A stretch of DNA of 64,000 nt from Paracoccaceae bacterium (GCA_027489355.1 JAIXZY010000077.1:40339-104338); one strand, 5' to 3'; positions 38,741 to 49,583 are shown, numbered from the stretch's first letter. Made by a program: numbers and translations. The notes: a model not told the origin generated them from the letters alone.

Positions 38741-41362
38741 TTAAATTGTCGTGGCTTGCTTCAGCTCGTAGACGAGGCGAAGCGCGTCCATCGGCGTCAG
38801 TTCGTCGGGGTGGATGTCCTTGAGGAGTTCCTCGACCGCTGAGGGTTTGGGCTTTTGCGGTGGCGGCGGTGGTGGCGCGGCCCGGAAAAGGGGCAGGTCG
38901 TCGATCAAGGTGGCCTGCTTGCCACCTTCGCGGTCGCCTTTCTCCAGAGCGTCGAGGACGACTTTCGCGCGTTCGATGACGGACGGCGGGAGACCTGCAA
39001 GGCGCGCGACCTGGACGCCGTAACTGCGATCGGCGGCGCCCTCGCGGACCTCGTGCAGGAAGATGACCTCGCCTTCCCATTCCTTGACGGTGACGGTGGC
39101 GTTCCTGACGCCCGGGAGCTTGCCCGCCAGCGCCGTCATCTCGTGGTAATGCGTGGCAAAGAGGGCGCGGGAGCGGTTGACTTCGTGCAGGTGTTCGAGG
39201 GTGGCCCAGGCGATGCTGAGGCCGTCATAAGTGGCGGTGCCGCGACCGATTTCGTCCAGGATCACCAGCGCGCGGTCGTCGGCCTGGTTCAGGATGGCGG
39301 CGGTTTCGACCATTTCCACCATGAAGGTGGAGCGGCCCCGTGCGAGGTCGTCAGAGGCTCCGACCCGGCTGAAGAGCTGGGAGACGAGGCCGATGCGGGC
39401 TGATGTGGCCGGGACGTGGGAGCCCGCCTGGGCGAGAAGCGTGATCAGGGCGTTCTGGCGCAGGAAGGTGGATTTGCCGGCCATGTTCGGGCCGGTGAGG
39501 AGCCAGATGGCGGGGGTATCCTTGTCGGTCAGCTGGCAGTCGTTGGCGACGAAGGGTTGGCCGTCGCGGCGGAGAGCGCGTTCGACGACGGGGTGGCGGC
39601 CGCCGGTTATCTGGAAGGCGCGGCTGTCGTCGACCTCGGGGCAGCACCAGCCTTCCTCGGCGGAGAGGTCGGCGAAGGCGGCGGCGAGGTCGATCTCGGC
39701 GAGTGCCCGGGCGGCCAGCGCGATGGGAGCGGAGTGGTCGAGGATCTCGGCTTTCAGGGCGGCGTAGTGGCGTTTCTCGATTTCGAGCGCGTGGTTGGCG
39801 GAGTTGAGGATGCGCGTTTCGAGGTCGGACAGGGCGAGGGTGGTGAAGCGGACCTGACCGGCGGTGGTCTGGCGGTGGATGAAGAGCTCTGGCATGGCGC
39901 GCATGCGGTCTTCGTGGGTCGTGGTGGTCTCGATGAAGTAGCCGAGCACGTTGTTGTGCTTGATCTTCAGCGAGGCGATGCCGGTCTGGTCGATGTAGTC
40001 GGCCTGCATCCGGGCGATGACGCTGCGGCCTTCGTCGCGGAGTGCGCGGGTGTCGTCGAGTTCGGGGTCGAAGCCGGGCGCGATGTAGCCGCCGTCGCGG
40101 GTGAGGAGCGGGGGTTCGGCGACGAGGGCTTTGGTCAGGTGGTCCACTAGCGCGTCGTGGCCGAGGAGGGATTGGGCGGCCTCATGCAGGAGGGGCGGGG
40201 GGTCGGTGAGGAGGTCGGCGATGCGGCCGGCCTGTTCGAGGCCCGCGCGGATGGCGGCCATGTCGCGGGGGCCGTCGCGGTCAAGCGCGAGGCGGGAGAG
40301 CGCGCGGTCGATGTCGGGGACGCGGCGGAGGGCCTCGCGGAGTTGGTCGCGGAGGCTTGGGGTTTCGAGGAGGTGGTCGAGGGCGGCTTGTCTTGCGTGG
40401 ATGGTTTGGAGGTCGAGGGAGGGCGAGGAGAGGCGGCGTTCGAGGAGGCGGGCGCCGCCTGCGGTGCCGGTGCGGTCGATGGCGGCGAGGAGCGAGCCTT
40501 CGCGGCCGCCGGAGAGGGCCTGGGTCAGTTCGAGGTTGCGGCGGGTGGCGGCGTCGATCTGCATCGTGCCGCCGAGGGGTTCCTTCACCGGGGGCCGGAG
40601 GAGTGGCATCCGGCCGCGCTGGGTGAGGTGGAGATAGTCGACCAGCGCGCCCATCGCAGAGATCTCGGCGCGGTCGAAGGTGCCGAAGGCGTCGAGGGAG
40701 GCGACGTGGAAGAGGTCGCAGAGGCGGCGCTCGGCGTTGGTGGAGTCGAAGCTGCCGCGGGAGAGGGGGGTGACGGCGGTGCTGTCGAGGAGAGGAGTGA
40801 TGTCGCGTTCGCGGGCCTCGGAGAGGAGAAGCTCGCGGGGGGCGATGCGGGCCACGTCGGGGGAAAGGCGGGTGAGGGAGGAGGGCATCACCCGGAATTC
40901 GCCGGTCGAGATGTCGGCCCAGGCGAGGGCGGCCTGGTCGCGGACCTCGGCGAAGGCGGCGAGGAAGTTGTGGCGGCGGGCTTCGAGGAGCGAGTCCTCG
41001 GTCAGCGTGCCGGGGGTGACGAGGCGGACGACGTCGCGTTTGACGACGGATTTGGAGCCGCGCTTCTTGGCTTCGGCGGGGTCTTCCAGCTGTTCGGCGA
41101 TGGCGACGCGGAAGCCCTTGCGGATCAGGGTGAGGAGGTAGCCCTCGGCCGAGTGGACCGGGACGCCGCACATGGCGATGGGTTCGCCGAGGTGGAAGCC
41201 GCGCTTGGTGAGGGCGATGTCGAGGGCGGCGGCGGCGGCGACGGCGTCGTCGAAGAACATCTCGTAGAAGTCGCCCATCCGGTAGAAGAGGAGCGCGCCG
41301 GGGTTCTGGGCCTTGATCTCGAGATACTGCGCCATCATCGGCGTGACGGTGTCGTCGGTCAC
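38741..41362 (-). CDS. mutS: DNA mismatch repair protein MutS
   Basis: [57 protein letters not shown]; GTG start after AAGGGG. Confidence 0.97.
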   Translation of the reverse strand: MTDDTVTPMMAQYLEIKAQNPGALLFYRMGDFYEMFFDDAVAAAAALDIALTKRGFHLGEPIAMCGVPVHSAEGYLLTLIRKGFRVAIAEQLEDPAEAKKRGSKSVVKRDVVRLVTPGTLTEDSLLEARRHNFLAAFAEVRDQAALAWADISTGEFRVMPSSLTRLSPDVARIAPRELLLSEARERDITPLLDSTAVTPLSRGSFDSTNAERRLCDLFHVASLDAFGTFDRAEISAMGALVDYLHLTQRGRMPLLRPPVKEPLGGTMQIDAATRRNLELTQALSGGREGSLLAAIDRTGTAGGARLLERRLSSPSLDLQTIHARQAALDHLLETPSLRDQLREALRRVPDIDRALSRLALDRDGPRDMAAIRAGLEQAGRIADLLTDPPPLLHEAAQSLLGHDALVDHLTKALVAEPPLLTRDGGYIAPGFDPELDDTRALRDEGRSVIARMQADYIDQTGIASLKIKHNNVLGYFIETTTTHEDRMRAMPELFIHRQTTAGQVRFTTLALSDLETRILNSANHALEIEKRHYAALKAEILDHSAPIALAARALAEIDLAAAFADLSAEEGWCCPEVDDSRAFQITGGRHPVVERALRRDGQPFVANDCQLTDKDTPAIWLLTGPNMAGKSTFLRQNALITLLAQAGSHVPATSARIGLVSQLFSRVGASDDLARGRSTFMVEMVETAAILNQADDRALVILDEIGRGTATYDGLSIAWATLEHLHEVNRSRALFATHYHEMTALAGKLPGVRNATVTVKEWEGEVIFLHEVREGAADRSYGVQVARLAGLPPSVIERAKVVLDALEKGDREGGKQATLIDDLPLFRAAPPPPPPQKPKPSAVEELLKDIHPDELTPMDALRLVYELKQATTI

Positions 41363-41421
41363 TGCGGTCCCCCTTGAGTGGGGGGAGAGTATCGGGTTGC
41401 GGAGGGCCGGAAAAGGGGGTG

Positions 41422-41436
41422 TGTCCACGGTGGACA
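41422..41436. repeat. Palindrome family C, copy 2
   Basis: TGTCCACGGTGGACA, identical to 23169-23183. Confidence 0.8.
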
Positions 41437-41507
41437 TTTCCGGATTTGTCTTTGGTTTCCGTGGGATGATCGTGGACGGCAGGGGTTTGTTAACGCTGTC
41501 GGGGCAG

Positions 41508-41544
41508 GCCCCTCACCCCGGCCCTCTCCCCGGTGGGGAGAGGG
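41508..41544. repeat. REP-like palindrome, family A, copy 2
   Basis: GCCCCTCACCCCGG-CCCTCTCCCC-GGT-GGGGAGAGGG. Confidence 0.85.
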
Positions 41545-41602
41545 GGCGCGGGTTTCGCTGTGGTGCTTGGTTATTTGGCGATGGGAAGGCCGCACGGGCG
41601 GA

Positions 41603-41696
41603 GCCTCCGGCGGGGATATTTGGGCCAGTATGAAAACTCGTGGTGCTGGGGTCCGCCGGTGCTGCCTCCGGCGGGGATATTTGGGCAAAGATGAAA
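41603..41696 (+). repeat. REP-like family B, tandem copies 2 and 3
   Basis: GCCTCCGGCGGGGATATTTGGGC identical at 41603 and 41664, with tails CAGTATGAAA and AAAGATGAAA. Confidence 0.85.
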
Positions 41697-41728
41697 GGGG
41701 CTGTTTGGGGAGCAGGCGGGCTCCAGAA

Positions 41729-43027
41729 TTACAGCACGTAGCGCGAGATGTCGGCAGAGCGGGCCAGGGCGCCGAGGTTGGTTTCAACGAAGGCTCCGTC
41801 GACTGTGACGCTTTGGCCGCTGCGGTCGGGGGCGTGGAAGCTGAGTTCCTCGAAGACGCGCTCCATCACCGTGTAGAGCCGGCGGGCGCCGATGTTTTCG
41901 ACGCTGCGGTTCACTTCCGCCGCGATGCGGGCGAGCGCCGCGATGCCGTCGGGGGTGAAGGTGACCTGCACATCCTCGGTTGCCATCAGGGCCTTGTACT
42001 GGCGGGTGAGGGCATTGTCGGTTTCGGTCAGGATGGAGACGAAGTCCTCTTCGGTCAGGGGGGCGAGTTCGACGCGGATGGGGAGGCGGCCCTGGAGCTC
42101 GGGCAGGAGGTCCGAGGGTTTGGCGATGTGGAAGGCACCGGAGGCGATGAAGAGGATGTGGTCGGTTTTCACCGGGCCGTGCTTGGTGCTGACCGTGGTG
42201 CCTTCGATCAGGGGGAGAAGGTCGCGCTGGACGCCTTCGCGGCTGACGTCGGCCCCACGCGCGTCGGCGCGGGCGCAGATCTTGTCGATCTCGTCCAGGA
42301 AGACGATGCCATTTTCCTGCACGGCCTCCAGCGCGGCGGTGCGGACGGCCTCGTCATCCAGAAGCTTGTCCGCTTCCTGGCTGATGAGCACGTCGTAGCT
42401 TTGCGCGACGGTCATCCGCTTGCGGGTGGAGCGGCCGCCGAAGGCCTTGAAGAGGTCTTGGAGGCCCTGCATCTGGGTTTCCATGCCCGGCATGCCGAAG
42501 CCCAAGGGCATGGCGGGGGCGGCGTCGGCCACGTCGATCTCGATCATCGTGGAATCGAGTTCGCCGCGCTTCAGCTTGGCGCGGAACATCTCGCGCGTCT
42601 GTTCGCGGGCGTCCTTGCCGGCGAGGGCTTCAAGGACACGGTCCTCGGCGGCCTTGTGGGCGCGGGCCTTCACCTCTTCGCGCATTGCGGCGCGGGTGTC
42701 ATTGATGGCAACGTCGACAAGATCGCGCACGATGGAATCCACGTCGCGGCCGACGTAGCCGACTTCGGTGAACTTGGTGGCCTCGACCTTGAGGAACGGG
42801 GCCTTTGCCAGCTTGGCGAGGCGGCGGCTGATCTCGGTCTTGCCGACGCCGGTGGGGCCGATCATCAGGATGTTCTTCGGGTAAACCTCGTCGCGGAGGT
42901 CGTCGCCCAGGCGCTTGCGGCGCCAGCGGTTGCGAAGCGCCACGGCGACGGCGCGCTTGGCTTCCTTCTGACCGATGATGAAGCGGTCAAGCTCGGAGAC
43001 GATTTCGCGGGGGGTGAGGTCGGTCAT
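41729..43027 (-). CDS. hslU: ATP-dependent protease ATPase subunit HslU
   Basis: [59 protein letters not shown]. Confidence 0.97.
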   Translation of the reverse strand: MTDLTPREIVSELDRFIIGQKEAKRAVAVALRNRWRRKRLGDDLRDEVYPKNILMIGPTGVGKTEISRRLAKLAKAPFLKVEATKFTEVGYVGRDVDSIVRDLVDVAINDTRAAMREEVKARAHKAAEDRVLEALAGKDAREQTREMFRAKLKRGELDSTMIEIDVADAAPAMPLGFGMPGMETQMQGLQDLFKAFGGRSTRKRMTVAQSYDVLISQEADKLLDDEAVRTAALEAVQENGIVFLDEIDKICARADARGADVSREGVQRDLLPLIEGTTVSTKHGPVKTDHILFIASGAFHIAKPSDLLPELQGRLPIRVELAPLTEEDFVSILTETDNALTRQYKALMATEDVQVTFTPDGIAALARIAAEVNRSVENIGARRLYTVMERVFEELSFHAPDRSGQSVTVDGAFVETNLGALARSADISRYVL

Positions 43028-44082
43028 TCGGTCGATCCATAGGGCGGCAGGCGGGACTTGCCGGGGAAGTTCGGAAGAAGGTCCATCACGCGGGCGCGGA
43101 GCTGGACCCACCAGGTGCCGATGGCGGTGATGAAGGCACCAAGGATCAGCAGGACGAAGATCCAGCTGGCGCCACCGCTTTCACCGGTGAACCAGCCGAT
43201 CACGATGGCGATATAGGTGATTGCGGCGGTGAGGAAGCTGCGGCGGTCGATCACCAGCGCGAGAAGCGTGATCAGGACAAGCGCAAGGGCAAGGAACCCG
43301 ACGCCGCCGCCGTTCAGCAGGGTGACGGCGACGGTGTTGACCAGCGCCGGGGCGGCGAGGAGGTGGCACCAGAAGGCGGTGGCGGCGTGGCGTCCGAGGC
43401 GATGCGGGTCGCGGGTGTCGAACCACATGCCGGTCAGGAAGGCCCCGATCCCGAAAAGAAGGGTGGCGGTCGCGAAGGCGGGGCTTTCGGACAGGTCGAA
43501 GAAGCCGCGATAGCCGTCGGCGCCGAGCAGTCCAGCCAGGGTGGAGACGGAGGCGGTCAGCGAATAGACGAGGCCGAGGATCGCGCCGCCCGCGAGGAAG
43601 GCCGAGAAGGGCAGGCGGAAGCGGCGATACCACAGGACCATCGCCGCGGCGGAAAGCGCGAAACCGAGGGCAGCGACGCTGCGTTCGTCGAGGCCTCCGC
43701 GCGCTAGCAGGCTGAAGGCGAAGACCGCGACCCCGGTGCCGTAGGCCGTCGCCAGCACCATCGACGGCAGTGTCATCCTGCGCTTGAGCGTGAAATACCC
43801 GGCCCACCACCAGGCGATGCCCGCGGTGGCCAGCGGAACCAGCATCAGCAGGGCAAAGCCGCCGAACACGGTCAGCAGGAGGGTCGCGCCGGTGAGCAGG
43901 ATGACAAGGCCGATGGAAATGAAGATCTCGGAGAAGCCGCGGAAGAACTCGAAGGGCTCATCCTCGGCCGGCAAGGCGGCGCGCTTGCCGGCGCGGTCGT
44001 TGGCCAGGGTCTGGAGCGAGGCCGCCTGCGCCTCGGTCAGGATGCCTGCGGCGACGGCAGAGCGGAGGTCTTCTGGGGTCAT
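43024..44082 (-). CDS. Conserved multi-pass membrane protein of unknown function
   Basis: About 10 hydrophobic segments; [38 protein letters not shown]; stop overlaps the hslU start. Confidence 0.75.
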   Translation of the reverse strand: MTPEDLRSAVAAGILTEAQAASLQTLANDRAGKRAALPAEDEPFEFFRGFSEIFISIGLVILLTGATLLLTVFGGFALLMLVPLATAGIAWWWAGYFTLKRRMTLPSMVLATAYGTGVAVFAFSLLARGGLDERSVAALGFALSAAAMVLWYRRFRLPFSAFLAGGAILGLVYSLTASVSTLAGLLGADGYRGFFDLSESPAFATATLLFGIGAFLTGMWFDTRDPHRLGRHAATAFWCHLLAAPALVNTVAVTLLNGGGVGFLALALVLITLLALVIDRRSFLTAAITYIAIVIGWFTGESGGASWIFVLLILGAFITAIGTWWVQLRARVMDLLPNFPGKSRLPPYGSTE

Positions 44083-44172
44083 CCGGGCAAACCTTCGGCA
44101 GGAAACTGTGAGTGCACAGATAAGGGGTTTGTCCCGGCAAACCAAGTGAGGTAAATTGGACCCCACAGGCAG

Positions 44173-44213
44173 TATATACAGTTCGATGTCGCATATATAC
44201 AAAATGTATATAT
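44173..44213. promoter_or_regulatory. AT-rich inverted repeat upstream of brnA (candidate autoregulatory operator)
   Basis: ATATATACA-AAA-TGTATATAT (44193-44213) plus an extra TATATACA half-site at 44173. Confidence 0.6.
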
Positions 44214-44290
44214 AGTATCGGACCACAAGTGACTGAAAAAACAAACAAAACACCACGGCGCCAACGCTGGACACTTGAGAGGGACGAGTA

Positions 44291-44572
44291 ATGGTGGATG
44301 AAGCTCCTAAGCGGTTGAGCATTGCCGAGAAGCGCGCCTTGAGCAGTCCGCTTGTGTTGAATCCCACTGATCGGGTCGAGGAGCTGCCGGTCGAGGCGCT
44401 GGCCGACTGGACCGACGCGGTGATGCCCGAGCAGAGCCGGAAGAAGCTGATCTCGCTGCGGGTCGATCCCGAGGTGCTGGACTTCTTCAAGGCGCAGGGG
44501 CCGGGGTATCAGACGCGGATGAACGCGGTGCTGACGGCCTACATGCAGGTCAAGAAAGAGATGGAAGGCTAG
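44291..44572 (+). CDS. BrnA-family antitoxin (orphan)
   Basis: C-terminal [35 protein letters not shown] matches the BrnA ribbon-helix-helix pattern. Confidence 0.85.
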   Translation: MVDEAPKRLSIAEKRALSSPLVLNPTDRVEELPVEALADWTDAVMPEQSRKKLISLRVDPEVLDFFKAQGPGYQTRMNAVLTAYMQVKKEMEG

Positions 44573-45126
44573 GCGCGGATCCGTTCCACGGTCAGGTTGC
44601 CGTTGGTGTAGACGCAGATGTCGGCGGCGATGGCCATCGCCTTGCGGGCAATGGTCTCGGCGTCGAGGTCGGTCTGCATCAGCCCGCGTGCGGCCGCGAG
44701 GGCGAAGTTCCCGCCCGAGCCGATGGCGGCGACGTCATGTTCGGGCTCCAGCACGTCCCCCGCGCCGGTGATGACGTAAAGCGCGGTGCCGTCGGTGACG
44801 ATCAGCATGGCTTCGAGGTTGCGCAAGTACTTGTCCATGCGCCAGTCCTTGGCGAGGTCGACGCAGGCGCGGGCAAGCTGGCCGGGGGCGGCCTCCAGCT
44901 TCTTTTCCAGCCGTTCCAGCAGGGTGAAGGCGTCGGCGGTCGAACCGGCGAAGCCGCAGACGACGTCGTGGCCGCCGGGCGAGAGGCGACGGACCTTGCG
45001 GGCGGTGCCCTTGATCACGGTCTGGCCAAGGGAAACCTGTCCGTCGCCGGCGACCACGACCTCACCGCCGCGGCGAACGGCGAGGATGGTGGTGCCGTGC
45101 CAGCCGGGGAACTTGTCGTCGGCCAT
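44569..45126 (-). CDS. hslV: ATP-dependent protease subunit HslV
   Basis: [40 protein letters not shown]. Confidence 0.97.
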   Translation of the reverse strand: MADDKFPGWHGTTILAVRRGGEVVVAGDGQVSLGQTVIKGTARKVRRLSPGGHDVVCGFAGSTADAFTLLERLEKKLEAAPGQLARACVDLAKDWRMDKYLRNLEAMLIVTDGTALYVITGAGDVLEPEHDVAAIGSGGNFALAAARGLMQTDLDAETIARKAMAIAADICVYTNGNLTVERIRA

Positions 45127-45147
45127 GATGCCCTCCAGTTTGCGCCC

Positions 45148-45175
45148 ATATAGGCGAGCGGCCGGCGCAATGCAA
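45148..45175 (-). promoter_or_regulatory. Candidate heat-shock (RpoH-type) promoter of hslV
   Basis: Minus strand TTG-N18-CCTATAT; overlaps the rpsO terminator. Confidence 0.55.
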
Positions 45176-45204
45176 AACGCCCGCCACCTTTCGGCGCGGG
45201 CGTT
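45174..45204 (-). terminator. Intrinsic terminator of rpsO
   Basis: AACGCCCG / CGGGCGTT stem followed by TTTT on the minus strand. Confidence 0.65.
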
Positions 45205-45224
45205 CGCGAAACCTGTGGCCGGTC

Positions 45225-45494
45225 TTAGCGACGCAGGCCGAGGCGGGTGATGAGGGTGGAATAGCGGCCCTCGTCGGTTTTCTTCAGGTAGTCCAGCAGC
45301 TTGCGGCGCTGGGCGACGAGCATCAGGAGGCCACGACGCGAGTGGTTGTCGTTCTTGTGGCCCTTGAAATGCTCGGTCAGGGTGGCGATGCGCGAGGACA
45401 GGATCGCAACCTGAACTTCCGGCGAGCCGGTGTCGCCTTCCTTGGTCGCGTATTCCTTGATCAGGCGTGCTTTTTCTTCAACGGTGATCGACAT
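45225..45494 (-). CDS. rpsO: 30S ribosomal protein S15
   Basis: [36 protein letters not shown]. Confidence 0.98.
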   Translation of the reverse strand: MSITVEEKARLIKEYATKEGDTGSPEVQVAILSSRIATLTEHFKGHKNDNHSRRGLLMLVAQRRKLLDYLKKTDEGRYSTLITRLGLRR

Positions 45495-45585
45495 CGTGGT
45501 CTCCTGTGTCAAAGGGTCATGGCGCAAGCCGGGATGTCGTCCAGCAGGGCCCTTGGAGGGTCCGCCCGGAAGGCGGATGCGGGCA
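45495..45585 (-). ncRNA. Candidate alphaproteobacterial S15 autoregulatory leader
   Basis: The 5' UTR contains CTGCTGGACGACATCCCGGC, recalled as conserved upstream of alphaproteobacterial rpsO; promoter-like CTTCCC-N17-CTATAT just upstream. Confidence 0.5.
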
Positions 45586-45747
45586 TATAGGCGGAAACCG
45601 CTGCAAAGGGAAGCGGATTCGCGCGCAGGGTTTCCTTAACCCTGAGTCGAGAATCCCGCTTGGTGATGCAACCCCCGGCTATGTCGTGGACGAAATCCGT
45701 GATAGGGATAGGGCAGGTTCCGAAGTGTTCCCAAATGGTTAACGCCG

Positions 45748-46779
45748 TTGGGCCTTTCTGTGGGAGTTGTCGGCGTGTTCGCGTTGCTTGGTGTTTTCGG
45801 TGTTCTGCTGGCTGGCCTTGCCGCCGATGCGGTCCTGTCCGGCCGTGAGGATTCCGAAGGCGACGAAGAAACGGACGAGTCCGCCGCTGACGGCACGGAT
45901 GGGGGCGGCGGCGGTGGCAGCCTTCTTGACGACCCGGACGATACCACGATTCCGACCTCGGACGACGGCGAGGACGATCCAGACGTCTCGGTCACGCTGG
46001 CCGGCGGCGATGGAAACGACATCCTGACGGGCGAGGACGCGGATGATCTGCTGACGGGTGGCGGTGGAGGCGACGTGATCGACGGTCGCGGCGGTGACGA
46101 TTGGGTTGCGGCCGGCAGCGGGAATGACGGTGTCTGGGCCGGTGATGGCGACGACACGGTGCTGGGGGACGACGGGAATGACAGCCTTGTCGGTCAGGGC
46201 GGTGCCGATGTGCTGGACGGCGGGGCGGGGAGTGACTCGCTCGCCGGCTGCGAGGACGACGACTCCCTTGCCGGAGGTTCCGGCAACGATACGCTGATCG
46301 GGGGCGAGGGCGACGACTGGCTGGGCGGCGACGATGACGAGGATTGGCTGGTCGGCGGCCAGGGCAATGACACGCTGGACGGCGGCACCGGATCGGATAC
46401 GCAGGACGGCGGCGCGGGCGATGACGTGATCTCTGGCATCGAGGACGGCCCGCAGGAGAGCGATTTCCTGAACGGAGGCGCGGGAAATGACAGCCTGATC
46501 GTCGGTGCCGGCGACACGGCGACAGGCGGCGAGGGCGAGGACGATTTCGTGCTCAAGGAATGGATGTCGGAGCACTCGGTCGCGAACATCATGGATTACG
46601 ATCCGGCCCAGGATCAGCTGGTTGTGGTCTACGATCCTTTGGTCCATGCCGATCCGGTGCTGAGCATCGCGCCAAACGAAACCGGCGGCGGACAGACGAT
46701 CTTCCTGGATGGCGCAAAGGTCGCGGTCGTAAGTGGCGCGCCGATCGACCTTTCCAACATAAAGCTCGTCGCGGCCTAG
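45748..46779 (+). CDS. RTX/hemolysin-type calcium-binding repeat protein with N-terminal hydrophobic anchor
   Basis: About 16 tandem GGxGxDxLx-type nonapeptides; very acidic; start codon uncertain. Confidence 0.85.
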   Translation: MGLSVGVVGVFALLGVFGVLLAGLAADAVLSGREDSEGDEETDESAADGTDGGGGGGSLLDDPDDTTIPTSDDGEDDPDVSVTLAGGDGNDILTGEDADDLLTGGGGGDVIDGRGGDDWVAAGSGNDGVWAGDGDDTVLGDDGNDSLVGQGGADVLDGGAGSDSLAGCEDDDSLAGGSGNDTLIGGEGDDWLGGDDDEDWLVGGQGNDTLDGGTGSDTQDGGAGDDVISGIEDGPQESDFLNGGAGNDSLIVGAGDTATGGEGEDDFVLKEWMSEHSVANIMDYDPAQDQLVVVYDPLVHADPVLSIAPNETGGGQTIFLDGAKVAVVSGAPIDLSNIKLVAA

Positions 46780-46781
46780 GC

Positions 46782-47282
46782 TTACCAGGGCTGCGGTTGC
46801 TGGTCGTACCCGACATACAACGGATGGCGCGGCTGGCCTTGTCCCGTCAGCCCCAGGTGAAAAAGCGGCGCCCTGGTCGCGCGCAACAGGCTGGCCACTT
46901 GGTTTCCGCGATCCAGGTGCAGACCGTGGTTCCCCCAGGCACAGACGATGGTGTCGGCCCAGCCCGCGCTGTCCAGGATCGCGGCGTCGTTCTCGGGCCC
47001 GACTGGGTCCGCGACGGCGCGCATGACCTTGGGATCGGTGGCGCGAAAGGCGAAGATGTTCGTCACCCGGAATGCCCCATAGCCCAGAGCCCGGGCGCGT
47101 CTTTCGCAGCGTTCGACGGTGGGATCGTTCTGAACCTCGGTCGCGGTAGAGGGATTGAGCATCACAAACAAGGCCTTGCGTCCCGGAGCCCAGACCCTGG
47201 TCAGAAGGTAGCGGTAGTGCTCGCAGTCGGAATAGACCGCCTCCGAGACCGCATCCCCCTTGGTGAAGCTGCGCGAAATCAT
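46782..47282 (-). CDS. DUF1643-family protein
   Basis: YRYLLTRVW, FVMLNPSTA, NDPTVERC, NIFAFRATDP, CAWGNHG, PRHPLY. Confidence 0.85.
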   Translation of the reverse strand: MISRSFTKGDAVSEAVYSDCEHYRYLLTRVWAPGRKALFVMLNPSTATEVQNDPTVERCERRARALGYGAFRVTNIFAFRATDPKVMRAVADPVGPENDAAILDSAGWADTIVCAWGNHGLHLDRGNQVASLLRATRAPLFHLGLTGQGQPRHPLYVGYDQQPQPW

Positions 47283-47540
47283 CGCGTCGGGTCCCTTTCC
47301 CCTGGATGCACTTCCCCGTCTTGCGCCCAGGCGGCACGACGGGTCCGGGATTCTCTGGTAAGCCAGCCCGAGCCGGGCCGCAACCGGCATCGCCGATTTC
47401 ATCGTTCTGGAAAATATCGCGCGCGCCTTTCAGGCCGACGGGTGGCCCTACTGGTCCCGGCCAGGCCGCGCGATTCTGCTTGTTGCCGAATTGCAGTCGC
47501 GCCTAGATAGGGCGCAGTCCAAGCCTTGCTGGAGCCGACC

Positions 47541-48065
47541 GTGTCCGATCTGTTCATCGCCGCCTACAGCGTCCAGTCCCGCGCTTTTGCGGCCGGAGCC
47601 AGCCTTGCGGCCCTGCAGAGGGACGCGGGTGTCGAACCGGAGGACATCGTGGTCGTGACACGAGGCCCTGCCGGGCGAATATCGCTGCATCGATCCGTCG
47701 ACTCAATCACCGGCCAGCCGGTCGGCGACGGTCGCTGGGGGGTGCTGATCGGGATGCTCTTCCTGGACGGGCGGACGCCCGATGCGCAGGGCCAGGGCCT
47801 TTCGGACAGACTCCGGGCGGCGGGACTTGATGCCCGCTTTGTGCAGGATGCGGCCAGCTGTCTTCTTCCGGGCGGTGCGGCGGTCGGGATCCATGTGCGC
47901 ATGCTGGGCGCGGATCGTGTCCGTTCCCATCTCGCCCAGGCGGGAGGAGAGCCAAGGATCCTGCACCAGCGCCTGAGCGCCGAAACCGAGGACGCCCTGC
48001 AGGACCTTCAGGACCAGCTTCCGCCCGTGGCGCTGGGGCAGACGCAGCCGCACGGGCTCGTCTGA
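47541..48065 (+). CDS. DUF1269-like membrane-associated protein
   Basis: MSDLFIAAY...EDIVVVTR...ISLHRS...WGVLIGMLFL pattern; GTG start after GGAG. Confidence 0.62.
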   Translation: MSDLFIAAYSVQSRAFAAGASLAALQRDAGVEPEDIVVVTRGPAGRISLHRSVDSITGQPVGDGRWGVLIGMLFLDGRTPDAQGQGLSDRLRAAGLDARFVQDAASCLLPGGAAVGIHVRMLGADRVRSHLAQAGGEPRILHQRLSAETEDALQDLQDQLPPVALGQTQPHGLV

Positions 48066-48087
48066 TGGCTGGACCCGTCAGGCGCCG

Positions 48088-48861
48088 ATGACCGACAAGA
48101 CCGGCGATCCCCCGGCCGAAAAGCCAGCGCCGCGCAAGCGGAAGGCAAAAGCGGCCCCTCCACCCCGGCCCCCGCTTTGGCGCGTCGGCCTGAAATGGCT
48201 GGGCCGCGGACTGGGCGCCATTGCTGCGCTGTACGGGGTTCTGGTGCTGTTGTTCAGCTTCGTGCCTCCGCCGATCAACTTCTATCAGCTGGGCGAGATC
48301 TGGCGGCTGGGCGGCATCGACAAGGACTGGGTCAGCTGGGAGGAGATCGCGCCGGTGATGGGCCGGTCGGCGGTGGCGGCAGAGGACGCGAACTTCTGCA
48401 ACCACTGGGGCTTCGACATGGCCGCGATCCGCCAGGCGATCGAAGAGGGCAGCAACCGGGGCGCGTCGACCATCACGCAGCAGGTCGTGAAGAACGTCTT
48501 CCTCTGGCACGGGCGCAGCTGGGTGCGCAAGGCGATGGAGGCGGTGCTGACCCCGGTGGTGGAGCTGGTCTGGTCGAAGGAGCGGATCCTTGAGGTCTAC
48601 CTGAACGTGGCAGAGTTCGACGACGGGGTGTTCGGGGTCCAGGCCGCGGCTCAGCACCATTTCGGCGTCGATGCCAGGGATCTGACCGCGCTGCAGGCCG
48701 CGCGGCTGGCGGCGGTCCTGCCAGACCCCAAGGGCCGCAGCGCGTCCGAGCCGACGAGCTTTGTGCGCAGCCGCACGCGGGCCATCATCTCGGGGGCCGA
48801 GACCATCGCGGCGGACGGTCGATCCGCCTGTTTCGAGGACGGAGCCGGACCCGGGGATTGA
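48088..48861 (+). CDS. mtgA: Monofunctional peptidoglycan transglycosylase
   Basis: AAEDANFCNHWGFD, RGASTITQQVVKN, RKAME, YLNVAEF, LAAVLP. Confidence 0.94.
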   Translation: MTDKTGDPPAEKPAPRKRKAKAAPPPRPPLWRVGLKWLGRGLGAIAALYGVLVLLFSFVPPPINFYQLGEIWRLGGIDKDWVSWEEIAPVMGRSAVAAEDANFCNHWGFDMAAIRQAIEEGSNRGASTITQQVVKNVFLWHGRSWVRKAMEAVLTPVVELVWSKERILEVYLNVAEFDDGVFGVQAAAQHHFGVDARDLTALQAARLAAVLPDPKGRSASEPTSFVRSRTRAIISGAETIAADGRSACFEDGAGPGD

Positions 48862-48912
48862 AATCCGCCCCCCGGCGCGGCAAGAGGAAGGTAGACCGGA
48901 GGCCGCCGCCCG

Positions 48913-49578
48913 ATGAACCGCCTTTATCACGTCCCCCTCTCCCCCTTCTGCCGCAAGGTCCGGCTGACGCTGGCCGAGAAGAAGATCGAGGTGGAGCTGG
49001 TGGAAGAGCGGTACTGGGAACCCTCGCCCGACTTCCTGCGCCGGAACCCGGCGGGGAAGGTGCCGATCCTGAAGATGGGCAACCGGGTGATGAGCGAAAG
49101 CCAGGCGATCTGCGAATTCATCGAGGAAACGGCTCCAGAACCGCCGCTGATGCCGCGGGGGGCGGAGGGGCGCTATGAGGTGCGGCGGCTTTGCGCCTGG
49201 TTCGACGACAAGTTCCACAACGAGGTGACGTCGAAGCTTCTGTACGAGCGGGTGAACAAGAAGGTCACCGGGCAGGGCTATCCGGATTCGAAGAACGTCA
49301 AGTTGGGGTCGACGCGGATCAAGTATCACCTGGACTACATGGCCTGGCTTCTGGACCAGCGGCGCTGGCTTGCCGGGGACGTAATGACGCTGGCGGATTT
49401 CACCGCCGCGGCGCATCTGAGCTGTCTGGACTATATCAGCGACGTGGACTGGAACCGGCATGCGGTGCTGAAGGACTGGTATGCGAAGATCAAGTCCCGC
49501 CCGTCGTTCCGGCCGCTTCTTGCGGACCAGATCTCGGGATTTCCGCCGGCACCGCACTATGCCGACCTGGATTTCTGA
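48913..49578 (+). CDS. fzlA: GST-family protein, FtsZ-binding FzlA type
   Basis: LYHVPLSPFCRKVRL, NPAGKVP, WYAKIKSRPSFRPLL, YADLDF; lies between mtgA and queG. Confidence 0.82.
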   Translation: MNRLYHVPLSPFCRKVRLTLAEKKIEVELVEERYWEPSPDFLRRNPAGKVPILKMGNRVMSESQAICEFIEETAPEPPLMPRGAEGRYEVRRLCAWFDDKFHNEVTSKLLYERVNKKVTGQGYPDSKNVKLGSTRIKYHLDYMAWLLDQRRWLAGDVMTLADFTAAAHLSCLDYISDVDWNRHAVLKDWYAKIKSRPSFRPLLADQISGFPPAPHYADLDF

Positions 49579-49583
49579 CACCA

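Noticed and set aside
41603-41696. Two direct repeats of about 33 bp with a 28-bp spacer resembling a mini-CRISPR
   Set aside because: Only two units, no cas genes, and the tail matches dispersed family B repeats
44124-44291. Possible intact brnT toxin upstream of brnA
   Set aside because: The open frame lacks an early start and shows no FEWD, KHG or RIISAR-type BrnT motifs
47283-47540. Possible gene remnant (a + frame reading ATGIADFIVLENIARAFQADGWPYW)
   Set aside because: No start or RBS and no family I can recognise; needs tBLASTn
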